Shown here piece by piece: positions 30,578 to 40,151 of a DNA stretch of 64,000 bases; position 1 is the first letter of the stretch; each line of letters starts with the position of its first letter. Location: assembly GCA_950072105.1 (NCBI GenBank), contig CATMOE010000004.1:32454-96453 (forward strand). Reading direction: 5' to 3'. The notes below the pieces were generated by a model. The model worked only from the letters and a program-made list of their open reading frames with translations, was not told where the DNA came from and made no database searches. Source of the DNA: an uncultured Dehalococcoidia bacterium (GTDB lineage: Bacteria > Chloroflexota > Dehalococcoidia > Lucifugimonadales > UBA3495). The position numbers and the translations under genes are program-made.

Positions 30578-31195
30578 ATGATTCCCGGGGGTAGACCATT
30601 GAACGGATCCCAGCCGCAAGACAGCTATATTACCCGCGTACGGTACGTGGCAATGTTGCCTGGTGAAAAGCTGACCCACGTCTTCTCCCCGGCCACGGGA
30701 TTTTCCCGAGAGCCTCCGGTTAGCGGGCATGTGCTGGTCACCACCAGCCAGAGGATTCTGGCCTTCTCCAATGAAGATGGGAATGACGAGACGCATATCG
30801 TGCCGGTGGAGGAACTGAGCGGAGTCGTGGTTAAAACCGTATCCCGCAACTCGGGGTCGTTGGTTCAGGGGATCTTCCTGGTTGTGGGTGGTTTATTTGT
30901 CTATGTGATTGCCGCGTTTTGGCTTGCCGGGCGGGTCGATTTACCAAACGTGCCCATCATAAATATGGACTTGGGGGCTATCGGGGTCTTGATAGCCATC
31001 TTTGCCGGCGTCTTGCTCATCTGGAATTTCTACCGAAGCAATGAGTCTGGCTCGGTGACCTTCCAAGGCACGAACTGGGTGTTTAGCTTCCCGTACGAGA
31101 GTGAGGGGGCCAGGGAACAAGTCTATCGAATGGTGAATACGGTGTTCGTTGCCCGCCGGTCGGTTAACGGCGGTCCGCCGATGACCCCTGAGTGA
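30578..31195 (+). CDS. Hypothetical membrane protein (PH-like domain interrupted by two TM helices)
   Basis: LVTTSQRIL motif; two hydrophobic segments. Confidence 0.65.
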   Translation: MIPGGRPLNGSQPQDSYITRVRYVAMLPGEKLTHVFSPATGFSREPPVSGHVLVTTSQRILAFSNEDGNDETHIVPVEELSGVVVKTVSRNSGSLVQGIFLVVGGLFVYVIAAFWLAGRVDLPNVPIINMDLGAIGVLIAIFAGVLLIWNFYRSNESGSVTFQGTNWVFSFPYESEGAREQVYRMVNTVFVARRSVNGGPPMTPE

Positions 31196-31241
31196 TTCTT
31201 TGCACGAATCAGTGCTACCAAGATGGGATCTATCGGGGAAA

Positions 31242-32273
31242 TTAACCCAGGGATAGCCCGGGATCGATGTCCAACTCCAACCCGTACTGCTGGCCGCGCT
31301 GGTACTGGTAGTAGGCGCAAGCGGCGATCATTGCCCCATTATCGGTACACAATATCGGGGGCGGGATAATCACCGGCAGAGGCGAGCGCTTGATTATCTC
31401 TTGGCGCAACCGCGTGTTGGCGGTGACTCCGCCGCCCAGGACCAGTCCTTTGGCATGGTAACGCTTAGCGGCGTCCACCAACTTGGCGGAGATCACATCC
31501 ACCACCGACTCTTGGAAAGCCGCAGCCATCTCCCGCACCAACCGTGCCAATTCCTGTTTCCCCAGGTCCTTGCTTTCCGGCGGATACACCCCTTTAGCTT
31601 GGGCTAGATGGAGCAGGGCCGTTTTCAACCCGCTGAAGCTGAAATCCAAGGTATCCCTCATCCAAGCCCGTGGCAGCCGTTCTTCGCCGTCCGCTCCTTC
31701 GGCCACCCTCTGTATCTCCGGTCCTCCGGGAAATCCCAAACCCAGGATACGGGCTGCTTTGTCGAAAGCCTCGCCGGCGGCATCGTCCCGGGTCCTACCC
31801 AACAGTTTGTACGTGCCGTGGCCTTCCATCAAAAGCAGATCGGTATGTCCCCCCGAAGCGATCAAACAAAGCAGAGGAAATCCGGGATCTTCCCCCGGGT
31901 TATGCTCGGTGAGCCAGGAGGCGTAGATGTGTCCTTCAAGGTGATTGACTCCCATCAAAGGCACGCCGAGAGAGTAGGAGATCGCTTTGGCGGTGTTCAG
32001 TCCGGTGATCAAAGAACCGCCCAGTCCTGGTCCGTGGGTTACCGCTACCACGTCCACTTCATCCAGGGCCATGCCGCAATCGGCCACCGCTTTTTCAACC
32101 ACCGGGACAATGTCCCTGACATGCTGGCGCGAAGCCACCTCGGGAACTACACCGCCGTAAACGGAGTGAAGCTCCACTTGAGAAGAGATGACGTTGGAAT
32201 TCATCAACCGGCCATCTTCAACAACGCCGGCCGCGGTTTCATCGCAAGAAGTTTCGATACCTAGGATCTTCAA
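31242..32273 (-). CDS. tsaD: tRNA N6-adenosine threonylcarbamoyltransferase
   Basis: ILGIETSCDETA, GGVVPEVASRQH, GPGL, NHLEGH, SGGHT, DDAAGEAFDK, FSFSGLKT, CTDNGAMIA. The ORF is open to 32342; the start is uncertain. Confidence 0.96.
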   Translation of the reverse strand: MKILGIETSCDETAAGVVEDGRLMNSNVISSQVELHSVYGGVVPEVASRQHVRDIVPVVEKAVADCGMALDEVDVVAVTHGPGLGGSLITGLNTAKAISYSLGVPLMGVNHLEGHIYASWLTEHNPGEDPGFPLLCLIASGGHTDLLLMEGHGTYKLLGRTRDDAAGEAFDKAARILGLGFPGGPEIQRVAEGADGEERLPRAWMRDTLDFSFSGLKTALLHLAQAKGVYPPESKDLGKQELARLVREMAAAFQESVVDVISAKLVDAAKRYHAKGLVLGGGVTANTRLRQEIIKRSPLPVIIPPPILCTDNGAMIAACAYYQYQRGQQYGLELDIDPGLSLG

Positions 32274-32492
32274 GCCTATTATTCCGGAACCATAGATATG
32301 AGATTTACGGGGACTAGGAACCAGGCGCAAGGGTTGTGACATGAACGAAATGGCTACTTTTGCGCAAGGCCAATCATAGGTGGGGGCAGAGTCACCGTCA
32401 ACTTTACACTAATTTGGGCCGATGCTATCATCGTAATACAAGTAATCGCTTACCTTGATACTAGGCAAGCTTGCGGAGGAATCGGCCAACAA

Positions 32493-33857
32493 ATGGTAGA
32501 ACCGCCATTAGCACTAGGCACGTTCGGATTTTACGTTTTCGCCGCGACGGGACCGGCGGTCAGCCTGGGCATTTCCGGCTTGTACCTTCAAATAATAGTG
32601 ATCGTGGTGTGTATAGGTCTGGTGGCCTTTTTCAGCAGCGCTGAAGCCAGCCTAATATCGGTCAATAAGCTCAGGATCAGGTACCTTGCGGAGCAAGGGA
32701 ATCGGTCCGCTCGCGTTGTCGCCCGAGTGTTGGAGCACCACGAAAAATTCTTCGCCACCATTCTGCTTACCGAGAACGCCTTCATAATTTTCGCCTCTTC
32801 TCTGGGAACGGCTGTGGCCATCAATCTAGCAGGCGGAAACCCGGTCCTGGTTCTAATGGCTCCGTTGGTCATGACCGTGGTCATTGTGACATTCGGGGAG
32901 ATCACCCCCAAAACTCTGGCGGCTGGGTCATCAGAGCGATGGTCGTTGATAGTAGCAAGGCCTATCAGCGTAATCATGTACCTGGAGACGTCCGTCATAT
33001 ACCTGTTTACCCTACTGCCTCGCTTTCTGGCCAAAATGATGGGGAAAGAACAGGGTGTCTGGGCAACGTCGGTGACCGAAGGGGAGTTGCGGATGCTCAT
33101 CGACATCAGTAAGACCGAGGGCGCCGTGGCGGAGGGTGAGGCTGATCTGCTGGAGAATGTGTTCAGCTTTGGCGACCGCCAGATGCGTGAGATCATGACC
33201 CCCCGGCCGGAATTTGTGATGGTCGAGCGCAATACTACCCTGGAGGAGTTTCTGCGTCTGTACACGGAGCACAACCACACCCGTTTCCCGGTTTACGATG
33301 AATTATTGGAGAACGTGGTGGGTGTGCTCTCCAGTAAAGACGTACTTCTCGCCCTGGGGAAGACCAAGCTCGCTCCCCAGGACAGCGTGACGGAATTCCG
33401 CCGCCCGGCGTTTTTTGTTCCTGAGACCAAAACCGTCAGCAGTACGTTTAGCGAGATGCAGCAAGGAGGCTACGGGCTGGTCTTGATGGTCGATGAATTT
33501 GGGGGAATCGCCGGCCTGGCAACGGTAAAGCAGCTTCTAGAGGTCATCGTCGGCCAGGTTACCATGGAGGACGATGAATCAGGGGAGTTCTATACTCCGG
33601 TGGATGAAAATACCTACCGGCTTGATGCCGGGGTGGCTATCTCGGAGATAAATGAAGAGTTGGATCTGGGTCTGCCCGAAGGGGAATACCAGACGGTCGC
33701 AGGGTTTATCTTGTTTGACCTGGGGCGCATACCAGAAGAAGGCGACGTGGTTGAGTTTGAAAATCTGAGGTTGACCGTCAAAGAGATGATCGGAGTCAGG
33801 ATTGAAACGGTCGAGCTAACACGGACTGTTATCGAGGCGGACGGAGCGGCTTCGTGA
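32493..33857 (+). CDS. HlyC/CorC (CNNM/DUF21-CBS-CorC) family transporter
   Basis: AFFSSAEASL, FGEITPKTLA, REIMTPR, HTRFPVY, FVPETK, VDEFGG, YQTVAGF. Confidence 0.93.
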   Translation: MVEPPLALGTFGFYVFAATGPAVSLGISGLYLQIIVIVVCIGLVAFFSSAEASLISVNKLRIRYLAEQGNRSARVVARVLEHHEKFFATILLTENAFIIFASSLGTAVAINLAGGNPVLVLMAPLVMTVVIVTFGEITPKTLAAGSSERWSLIVARPISVIMYLETSVIYLFTLLPRFLAKMMGKEQGVWATSVTEGELRMLIDISKTEGAVAEGEADLLENVFSFGDRQMREIMTPRPEFVMVERNTTLEEFLRLYTEHNHTRFPVYDELLENVVGVLSSKDVLLALGKTKLAPQDSVTEFRRPAFFVPETKTVSSTFSEMQQGGYGLVLMVDEFGGIAGLATVKQLLEVIVGQVTMEDDESGEFYTPVDENTYRLDAGVAISEINEELDLGLPEGEYQTVAGFILFDLGRIPEEGDVVEFENLRLTVKEMIGVRIETVELTRTVIEADGAAS

Positions 33858-34471
33858 AGTTGCACCTGGTGCGGCACGGAGAGACCGAATGGAACAAGCT
33901 GGGCAGATTTCAAGGCCAACAGGACATCGCTTTAAATCCCCGCGGCCTGGCCCAGGCCAAGGAAACCGCCCGCGCGATGGCGGATGAAGGGGTTATTGCT
34001 CTGTACTCCAGCCCGTTGCAAAGGACCATGCAGGTAGCCAATGAAATATCCCGCTTGGCCAGCGTGCCGGTGGTGCCTTTGCCGGGCGTCAAGGAGTTGA
34101 ATCTGGGCGAGCTTGAGGGAGTTACCGGCGAAGAGATGCGCACCAACTGGCCCGACGTGTACTCCGCCTGGAGTCAAGACCCCGGCATGTTATCCATGCC
34201 CAAGGGAGAGTCCCTGTCCCAACTCCAAGACCGTGCCTGGCGTTCCCTCCAGGAAGTGGAGGAAGCCCACTCTGGCGATGATGTGATTGTGGTGGTTTCG
34301 CATAACTTCGCGATCCGCACCATGATCCACAAAGTCTTGGGTTTGCCACTGGCCAATTTTCACCGGTTATCCCTCGATCTAAGCTCAGTTAGCACCGTAG
34401 AGTACACCTCCAGGGGCCGGCGCCTGGCCTGTTACAACTCCACCGGGCACTTGTCCCCGGAAAACCGTTAG
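33854..34471 (+). CDS. Histidine phosphatase family protein (phosphoglycerate mutase/CobC-like)
   Basis: LVRHGETEWN, SSPLQR, ELNLGELEG, GES, VVSH. Confidence 0.93.
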   Translation: MKLHLVRHGETEWNKLGRFQGQQDIALNPRGLAQAKETARAMADEGVIALYSSPLQRTMQVANEISRLASVPVVPLPGVKELNLGELEGVTGEEMRTNWPDVYSAWSQDPGMLSMPKGESLSQLQDRAWRSLQEVEEAHSGDDVIVVVSHNFAIRTMIHKVLGLPLANFHRLSLDLSSVSTVEYTSRGRRLACYNSTGHLSPENR

Positions 34472-34481
34472 AAAGGGACTC

Positions 34482-36014
34482 ATGGCAAGCGTGGCCAGCC
34501 TGGAAGGGCAAGTAGCGGCGGCCCTACGCCGTATGGGTCTCTCCGGCAACGACAGTATCTTGGTTCTGGGAGTGTCCGGAGGATCCGATTCTTCGGCTCT
34601 TCTCTATAGTCTGCACCGGCTACAAGAGTCCCATCGGCTAAGACTTCACGTCGCCCATCTGAACCACAACTTTCGCGGCGATGAAGCCGATGAAGATGCT
34701 CGATTCGTTGAATCTTTGGCCAACGAGTTAAACCTGCCTGCCACGGTGGAAAAGCAAGATCCCACCGAATACCGGCGAGACCGGTCGATCTCATCTTTCG
34801 AGCAACTGGCCAGGGAGATGCGCTATATCTTCATGGCCCGGGTGGCTGACGAAATTGGAGCCTCGGTGGTGGCGGTTGGACACACTGCCGATGACCAGGC
34901 GGAAACCGTTTTACAACATGTGTTGAGAGGGTCTGGACTCCACGGTCTACAGGGAATGACGGAGTCGGCGCCCTGGCCATGGCCAATGGGCTATCCCAAT
35001 CTGCGTATATTCCGTCCTCTGCTGGGGGTGACCAAAGAGGACACGCTGGCCTACTGCCGGGAGTTGGGGCGGGACATTCGGGACGATAGCGGGAATTATC
35101 TGTCACGGTTCACCCGAAACCGGGTTAGGCATCGCTTGTTGCCCCTGCTTGCCGATGAGTTCAACCCACGGGTTAGGGAGGCTTTGGCGCGTTTGGCAAG
35201 GACGGCGGCTTCGGACCTGGATTTTATCGAGGGCGAAGTGTCGCGGGTGTGGCCCGAATTAGCCACAGTAACCGACGACGCCGTGATCTTCGACCTTGGG
35301 CGGATGACGCCCCTCCACCCTTCATTGCAGCGGTTGGCGTTGCGGCGGGGTTATTCCGCCTTGACCGGAGACACTCGGCGGCTACGGGAGAGCCACTTGA
35401 TCGCCATGGCGGAGCTTGTATCGGGCCGAGCTACCGTGGGAACAGTGGAGTTGCCACAGGGCGCCCGGCTGATCCGAGTCTACGATCGTCTAATCCTGTC
35501 ACGAGAAACCGAGTTGTCATGTCCGTTGCCTGTTTTTCAAGGCGAACATCCCTTGGCGTTGCCATCTGAGGCAGGGTCCGAAGTGGCCGTGTCAGTGGCG
35601 GGCTGGCAAGTTACCATGTGGGCGGGAATCCCCCCAGAAGGGCTTGGCGGTCAAGGAAGCCCTTGGGGACGTCCTGAGCAGTTTGATCGGCCATCGGCCA
35701 TCCCGGATGAACCCGATTCCTCATTCAAGTGGTCCGCTTGGCTGGACAGGGAGTCCTTGGGAGAAGAGCTGTCTTTGAGGACCCGGCTACCGGGAGACCG
35801 GTTTCAGCCCCTGGGCATGAGCTGGGAGAAGAAGCTTCAAGACTTTTTCACCGACGCCAAAGTGCCCCGGACCTGGCGGGACCGGATGCCGCTTTTGCTT
35901 TCCCAGCGCGGAATCGCTTGGGTCGCGGGCCACAGGATCGCCGACTGGGCGGCGATTAAAACTGGGGAATTAGAAAGCCGGCCGGCAGTGTGGATCGAAA
36001 TAAAGACGCAGTAG
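34482..36014 (+). CDS. tilS: tRNA(Ile)-lysidine synthetase
   Basis: VSGGSDS, HLNH, GHTADDQAET, RPLL, D..N....TRNRVRH, GDRFQP.G...KKLQDFF.DAKVP. Confidence 0.96.
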   Translation: MASVASLEGQVAAALRRMGLSGNDSILVLGVSGGSDSSALLYSLHRLQESHRLRLHVAHLNHNFRGDEADEDARFVESLANELNLPATVEKQDPTEYRRDRSISSFEQLAREMRYIFMARVADEIGASVVAVGHTADDQAETVLQHVLRGSGLHGLQGMTESAPWPWPMGYPNLRIFRPLLGVTKEDTLAYCRELGRDIRDDSGNYLSRFTRNRVRHRLLPLLADEFNPRVREALARLARTAASDLDFIEGEVSRVWPELATVTDDAVIFDLGRMTPLHPSLQRLALRRGYSALTGDTRRLRESHLIAMAELVSGRATVGTVELPQGARLIRVYDRLILSRETELSCPLPVFQGEHPLALPSEAGSEVAVSVAGWQVTMWAGIPPEGLGGQGSPWGRPEQFDRPSAIPDEPDSSFKWSAWLDRESLGEELSLRTRLPGDRFQPLGMSWEKKLQDFFTDAKVPRTWRDRMPLLLSQRGIAWVAGHRIADWAAIKTGELESRPAVWIEIKTQ

Positions 36015-36121
36015 AGGCTTAATAATTGCAGAATTGAGCCACAATAATGTATAAATTGTGGTATATTATCGATACCAATGTGGTTACAACTTGCAACAGC
36101 TTGGGTATATTAAGGACAGAA

Positions 36122-36526
36122 ATGGTTAATTTCAACTGTGTTGAATGCGGGACCGAGTTCGAGGCCGCAGGGGCCGGCGTCTGGCGTTGCCCGGCTTGCA
36201 CTGAAAAAACCAAATCAGTAGGTGCAGCGCAGAAACCGCCCAAAAGCCAGGGCTATAAGGTCATTCGAGAAGAGGTTGGCGTGCGGGAGTTGAAAGCCAA
36301 CCCTACCGAACTCATTCGTATGCTAGAGGAGACACCCGGCTTGGAAATCATAATTACTCGCTACGGAAAGCCCGCAGCCAAGCTGGTGTCTTTGAAAGAA
36401 ACTTCGGAAGAAATACCCTGGTCGGAGCGGGTTAGCTTGCGCGGTACCTGGGCAAACCGGCATGAACTCACCGATGCGGATTTTGCAGAAGCAAAACGAA
36501 TTTGGGAACCCAAGGCTTTTGACTAA
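36122..36526 (+). CDS. Phd/YefM-type antitoxin with an N-terminal zinc ribbon
   Basis: CVECG...CPAC, then VGVRELKAN.TELIR.LE....IIITRYGKPAAKLV; overlaps the PIN gene. Confidence 0.8.
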   Translation: MVNFNCVECGTEFEAAGAGVWRCPACTEKTKSVGAAQKPPKSQGYKVIREEVGVRELKANPTELIRMLEETPGLEIIITRYGKPAAKLVSLKETSEEIPWSERVSLRGTWANRHELTDADFAEAKRIWEPKAFD

Positions 36527-36926
36527 CGCCGACCTTCCTAGGTATATTCTGGACACTCACGCTTGGTTCTGGTTCATGGAATATCCGCATTTGTTGAGTC
36601 CGGCGGCGGATGCGGCCTTTCGCCTGGCCGCCGCCGGGGGGGCCCATATTATCGTTCCCGCCATAGTGGTCGCTGAACTCTATTACCTGACAGTAAAACG
36701 GGGAGATCCTATCTCCCCGGCAATTCTGATTGCCAACATCAATCGAAGCCGGGAGTTCCGGTTCTCGCCGTTAGGCCAGGCCCAATTGTCCAAGATGGGG
36801 GAGATCGACGGGGTAGCCGAGATGCATGACCGCCTGATAGTGGCGGAAGCCTTGGCGTGGCAGGCTCCAATCATAACCAATGACGAGGTTATTCGCCGCA
36901 GCGGAGTCGCCAAAATTATTTGGTGA
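36519..36926 (+). CDS. PIN-domain (VapC) toxin
   Basis: YILDTHAWFW, VVAEL, HDRLIVA, ITND; acidic catalytic residues present. Confidence 0.9.
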   Translation: MTNADLPRYILDTHAWFWFMEYPHLLSPAADAAFRLAAAGGAHIIVPAIVVAELYYLTVKRGDPISPAILIANINRSREFRFSPLGQAQLSKMGEIDGVAEMHDRLIVAEALAWQAPIITNDEVIRRSGVAKIIW

Positions 36927-36929
36927 TAA

Positions 36930-37772
36930 TCACAACCCCAACAGTCTCGACGGGTTGTCTTTGACCAGCATCCCCACCTCCACCTCTTCCATGCCCGCTT
37001 GAAGCAGGGTGGCGATACCCATCCGCAAACCCTCGGCCGGCATTGGGTGGAAGTCCTGGCCGAAGTCGGTGCTTACGATGCAGTTTTCCGTGCCGATGGC
37101 CATGATCGTGTCCACCAGTTCTTGGGGGGCCAGGCGATAGGTTAACGGCATCATTACGTGCAGGCAATGCTCGATGTAAGCGCCCATCGAGGCCAGGGTT
37201 TTCATGTCTTCCAAGGTCATCCCGGTCCAGAATGCCATGGTGGTGCCGTGCGTCACCACAACCCTGCCGATGCCCATGTTCCGGGCTTCCTCCACCAATA
37301 CCATGCTTTCCTTGGTGGAGATGTGTCCGGTGGCCAACACCATATCGTGCGCCTTGATCTGGTCTAGGATGGCGTATACTTCCGGGACCAGACCGCCGGC
37401 ATCGTCCAGCAAGTAAATACCGCCTTCCAGTCCTTTGTGCTGGCGGTCGGCCTGGGCCGAATAAGTTGGCATCCAGACAACGCGGCTGCCCATCTTGGCG
37501 CTGCTTTCGACTGCCGCGGCGTTCAGGCCCCCAACCTCGAAATCCAGGGCAATGCCGCCGATGAGCGTGATATCCGGCACGGCCTGACTGGCCGTGTAAG
37601 CGACCGGATGGGTCGGATACTCGTGGCTTTTCAGCACCATGCCCCGCATTCCCATATCCCGAGCCTGTAGAGCCACATCGATGGCGCTCCCCCGACGTTC
37701 TACCCTGGCGTCGGGAGCGCAGTGGACGTGGATATCTAATGCGCCTTCCAGTAATCGGTCAACGTTGCTCAA
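36930..37772 (-). CDS. DUF6282/amidohydrolase-fold metalloprotein
   Basis: DIHVHCAPD, VLKSH, VVWMPT, LATGH, VVTH, STDFGQ, NPSRLL. Confidence 0.85.
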   Translation of the reverse strand: MSNVDRLLEGALDIHVHCAPDARVERRGSAIDVALQARDMGMRGMVLKSHEYPTHPVAYTASQAVPDITLIGGIALDFEVGGLNAAAVESSAKMGSRVVWMPTYSAQADRQHKGLEGGIYLLDDAGGLVPEVYAILDQIKAHDMVLATGHISTKESMVLVEEARNMGIGRVVVTHGTTMAFWTGMTLEDMKTLASMGAYIEHCLHVMMPLTYRLAPQELVDTIMAIGTENCIVSTDFGQDFHPMPAEGLRMGIATLLQAGMEEVEVGMLVKDNPSRLLGL

Positions 37773-38045
37773 ATCAACTCCTCTTGTGCTTGCATCCCCT
37801 GATCAGTCACCCTCCGGACCACCGCGATTGCGGCTGACCGAGGGTCTCATCAGAGGAATTCATGACGATATAACAATTAGAGGCTACTTTACAACCAGCG
37901 GAGCCCAATCCGCAATACAAAGGTGAATCCTGGCGCTGATCAGAGATGATCCCACTACTAGCGGCGTGCCCTGGTACCAGTCCAAGGCTTAGCAACCCGA
38001 TGCGCGATCTGCGGGAGCACGCCGATGAGGAACTTGCGCCGTTCG

Positions 38046-38807
38046 TTACTCCAGGAGGCTCTGGTAGATCTCCTGGGTCTCTTGAGAGGGTTCGGTGCCG
38101 ACTTCGGCAGCCAATATTTCCCGGCATTGATGGTAGACGTTGAGGGCCTCGGCCCGGTTGCCTGCCGCCGAGTAGGCCTGCATCAAAAGTTGGTAGCCGC
38201 GTTCCCGAAGGTTGTCCAGCTTTACCGCTTCAGTTCCGGTTTCCACGGCAACCATCGGCTCACCCACCAACCTTTGGCTTTCCGACAAGCAATCCAGTGC
38301 CCGCAGCAGTTGGCGGTGTAATTTTCCTCGCAACGAATCCACCCAGAAGCCCTCGATGCCCGGGAGAAAGGGCCTTCTGGCGATACACGCAGCCGCGCCA
38401 GCCGGGCCTAGAACCTGCTCTGGGCTGCCATTTCTCAAATGGGCCTCAGCTCTGTCGACGGCCGAGAAGCCTGCCTCTAGGTCGGTCCATACATCCGCCG
38501 GCAGATCCAATTGGTATTGCCCCGAGCTGCGGAAAAAAGAGACTCCCTCTTTCTTCAACGGCTCGATGGAAACCATGCTCCGGATCCTGCTGGTAATGGC
38601 GCTCAATGCCCCTTCCCAGGCGGGGGACATCTCGTCGGGCCAGATGACGGTTGCCAGCTCTTCCTTTGGGACCGTCCTGGTCCGTTCGTGAACCAAATAG
38701 GCAAACGCCAGCCGGCCTTGCTTGCCCCTGATTTGGGTTTGATTGACCACAACCTGGCCGTTCGCTTCCATTCCAACCCGGCCTGTGAGATAAATTCTGA
38801 CGCCCAC
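38046..38807 (-). CDS. SARP/AfsR-type regulator (winged helix plus BTAD domain)
   Basis: AFAYLV...V.KEELA..IWP, PFLPG...WV...R, RERGYQLLMQAY...GNRAEAL..Y..CR.IL..EVG.EPS.ET. Confidence 0.9.
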   Translation of the reverse strand: MGVRIYLTGRVGMEANGQVVVNQTQIRGKQGRLAFAYLVHERTRTVPKEELATVIWPDEMSPAWEGALSAITSRIRSMVSIEPLKKEGVSFFRSSGQYQLDLPADVWTDLEAGFSAVDRAEAHLRNGSPEQVLGPAGAAACIARRPFLPGIEGFWVDSLRGKLHRQLLRALDCLSESQRLVGEPMVAVETGTEAVKLDNLRERGYQLLMQAYSAAGNRAEALNVYHQCREILAAEVGTEPSQETQEIYQSLLE

Positions 38808-38886
38808 TATCTGTCAAACTTCCGCCAAAGATTCGACATGATTCGGGCTGTATTATATACGCACCAAACTAGGAAGGAGGGACCTC

Positions 38887-39039
38887 ATGGCTAAGGCAGT
38901 CAATTGTCCTTGCGGAGAGACGATCAAAGCGGATACGGACGACGAATTGGTTCAACTGGTACAAGCTCATGGGAAAGAGGTGCACAATCAAGAGGTCAGC
39001 AGAGAAGACGCCCTGGCGATGGCTCAGCCGATAGAGTAA
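38887..39039 (+). CDS. Small metal-binding protein (DUF1059-like), 50 aa, absent from the ORF track
   Basis: MAKAVNCPCGETIKADTDDELVQLVQAHGKEVHNQEVSREDALAMAQPIE; strong AAGGAGG RBS. Confidence 0.85.
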   Translation: MAKAVNCPCGETIKADTDDELVQLVQAHGKEVHNQEVSREDALAMAQPIE

Positions 39040-39137
39040 TTCCCCCCAACCTGCCGGTAATTCGGATCGCCGAATCAGACCGGTGGTAGCGGCGAGCTAG
39101 CGGCGGCGGGGATAGGGCGAAGATATCGTCCCCGCCG

Positions 39138-40055
39138 TCACCCCACCGGCGGGTTGCGGCGGTACCAGTCGGCGATCTCCCCTCCCGTCGCGGCCCAAAC
39201 GCCTTGCCGGCGAACCATGTGGCCCAAGGCTTCGTCCAGGACTCCGATGCGGAAGGGCTGGCCAATGAGCCAGGGATGCACATGCAACACCATCACCCGG
39301 CCGTTGGCGGCGCCGTCCTCGTACATGGCGTCGAAACCTTCCTTGAGCATCAGAGAATAACGGTCCATGTCTACCTTGCGGTCGGCCATGGCGTTAACGT
39401 CATCCAGTTCCAACATGATGGGCAGGGCCAAGATTTCGCCCTGGGGGACGTTAAGAGGGTAAGGTTGCTCGTCGTTTGCCCAATCGCAAACGTAAGATAT
39501 ACCGGCCTCGGCTAGAAGCTGGGGCGTCCGGGCCGACTCGCCGTACTCCGGTCCCAGCCAGCCTTGGGGAGCGGAGCCGGTGGCAGTGGTCAGGGCTTTT
39601 AGCGATTCGCTGATGTATTCCCGCTCTTGTTCCTGGGACATGCCGCTGTTGATCATGCGGCTAACGGAAACCCCGTGTCCGATAATTTCGCAACCCCACC
39701 CCAGCAAGTGGCGCACCAAATAAGGATAATTTTCGGCGGTCATAGCGTCCAAGGCGACGGTGGCTTTTATCCCGTGTCTTTTCAGCACGTCCAATACCCG
39801 GAAGATCCCGACGCGGTGGCCGTACTCCCGGTGGGACAGGCGGGCATAGTCGGGAAATGGGCGGGCCACCGAGCCCCCGGCCAAGCTGCGAGATTGGAAG
39901 CTGCCCTCCGGCGTACTCCATTCCATGTGCTCCAGGTTGACGATGACGCAGAGAGCTACCCTAGCGTTATCCGGCCATCGGAGAACTCCACGAGTGGTGA
40001 TGGGAGACCAATCATAATGCGGGTGGTCCATCCCAAGTTGGCGCTGTGCGGGCAT
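39138..40055 (-). CDS. Polysaccharide deacetylase-fold hydrolase (PuuE allantoinase-like), paralog B
   Basis: WPDNARVAL..VNLEH, EYGHRVGIFR, EIIGHG, GWLGP, CDWANDEQP, HPWLIGQPFRI, VWAAT..EIADW. Confidence 0.9.
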   Translation of the reverse strand: MPAQRQLGMDHPHYDWSPITTRGVLRWPDNARVALCVIVNLEHMEWSTPEGSFQSRSLAGGSVARPFPDYARLSHREYGHRVGIFRVLDVLKRHGIKATVALDAMTAENYPYLVRHLLGWGCEIIGHGVSVSRMINSGMSQEQEREYISESLKALTTATGSAPQGWLGPEYGESARTPQLLAEAGISYVCDWANDEQPYPLNVPQGEILALPIMLELDDVNAMADRKVDMDRYSLMLKEGFDAMYEDGAANGRVMVLHVHPWLIGQPFRIGVLDEALGHMVRRQGVWAATGGEIADWYRRNPPVG

Positions 40056-40077
40056 ACCCCTTTCCTCCATACCCCTG

Positions 40078-40151
40078 GCTGTCAGCCTTCAGCGGGAACC
40101 CGGGCAGGTCCTGTCCGGTCCCCTGACGGCTGACCGCTGATAGCTGATCGC
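40078..40151. repeat. Heptamer inverted-array element
   Basis: gctgtcagccttcagc ... ctgacggctgaccgctgatagctgatcgc. Confidence 0.65.
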
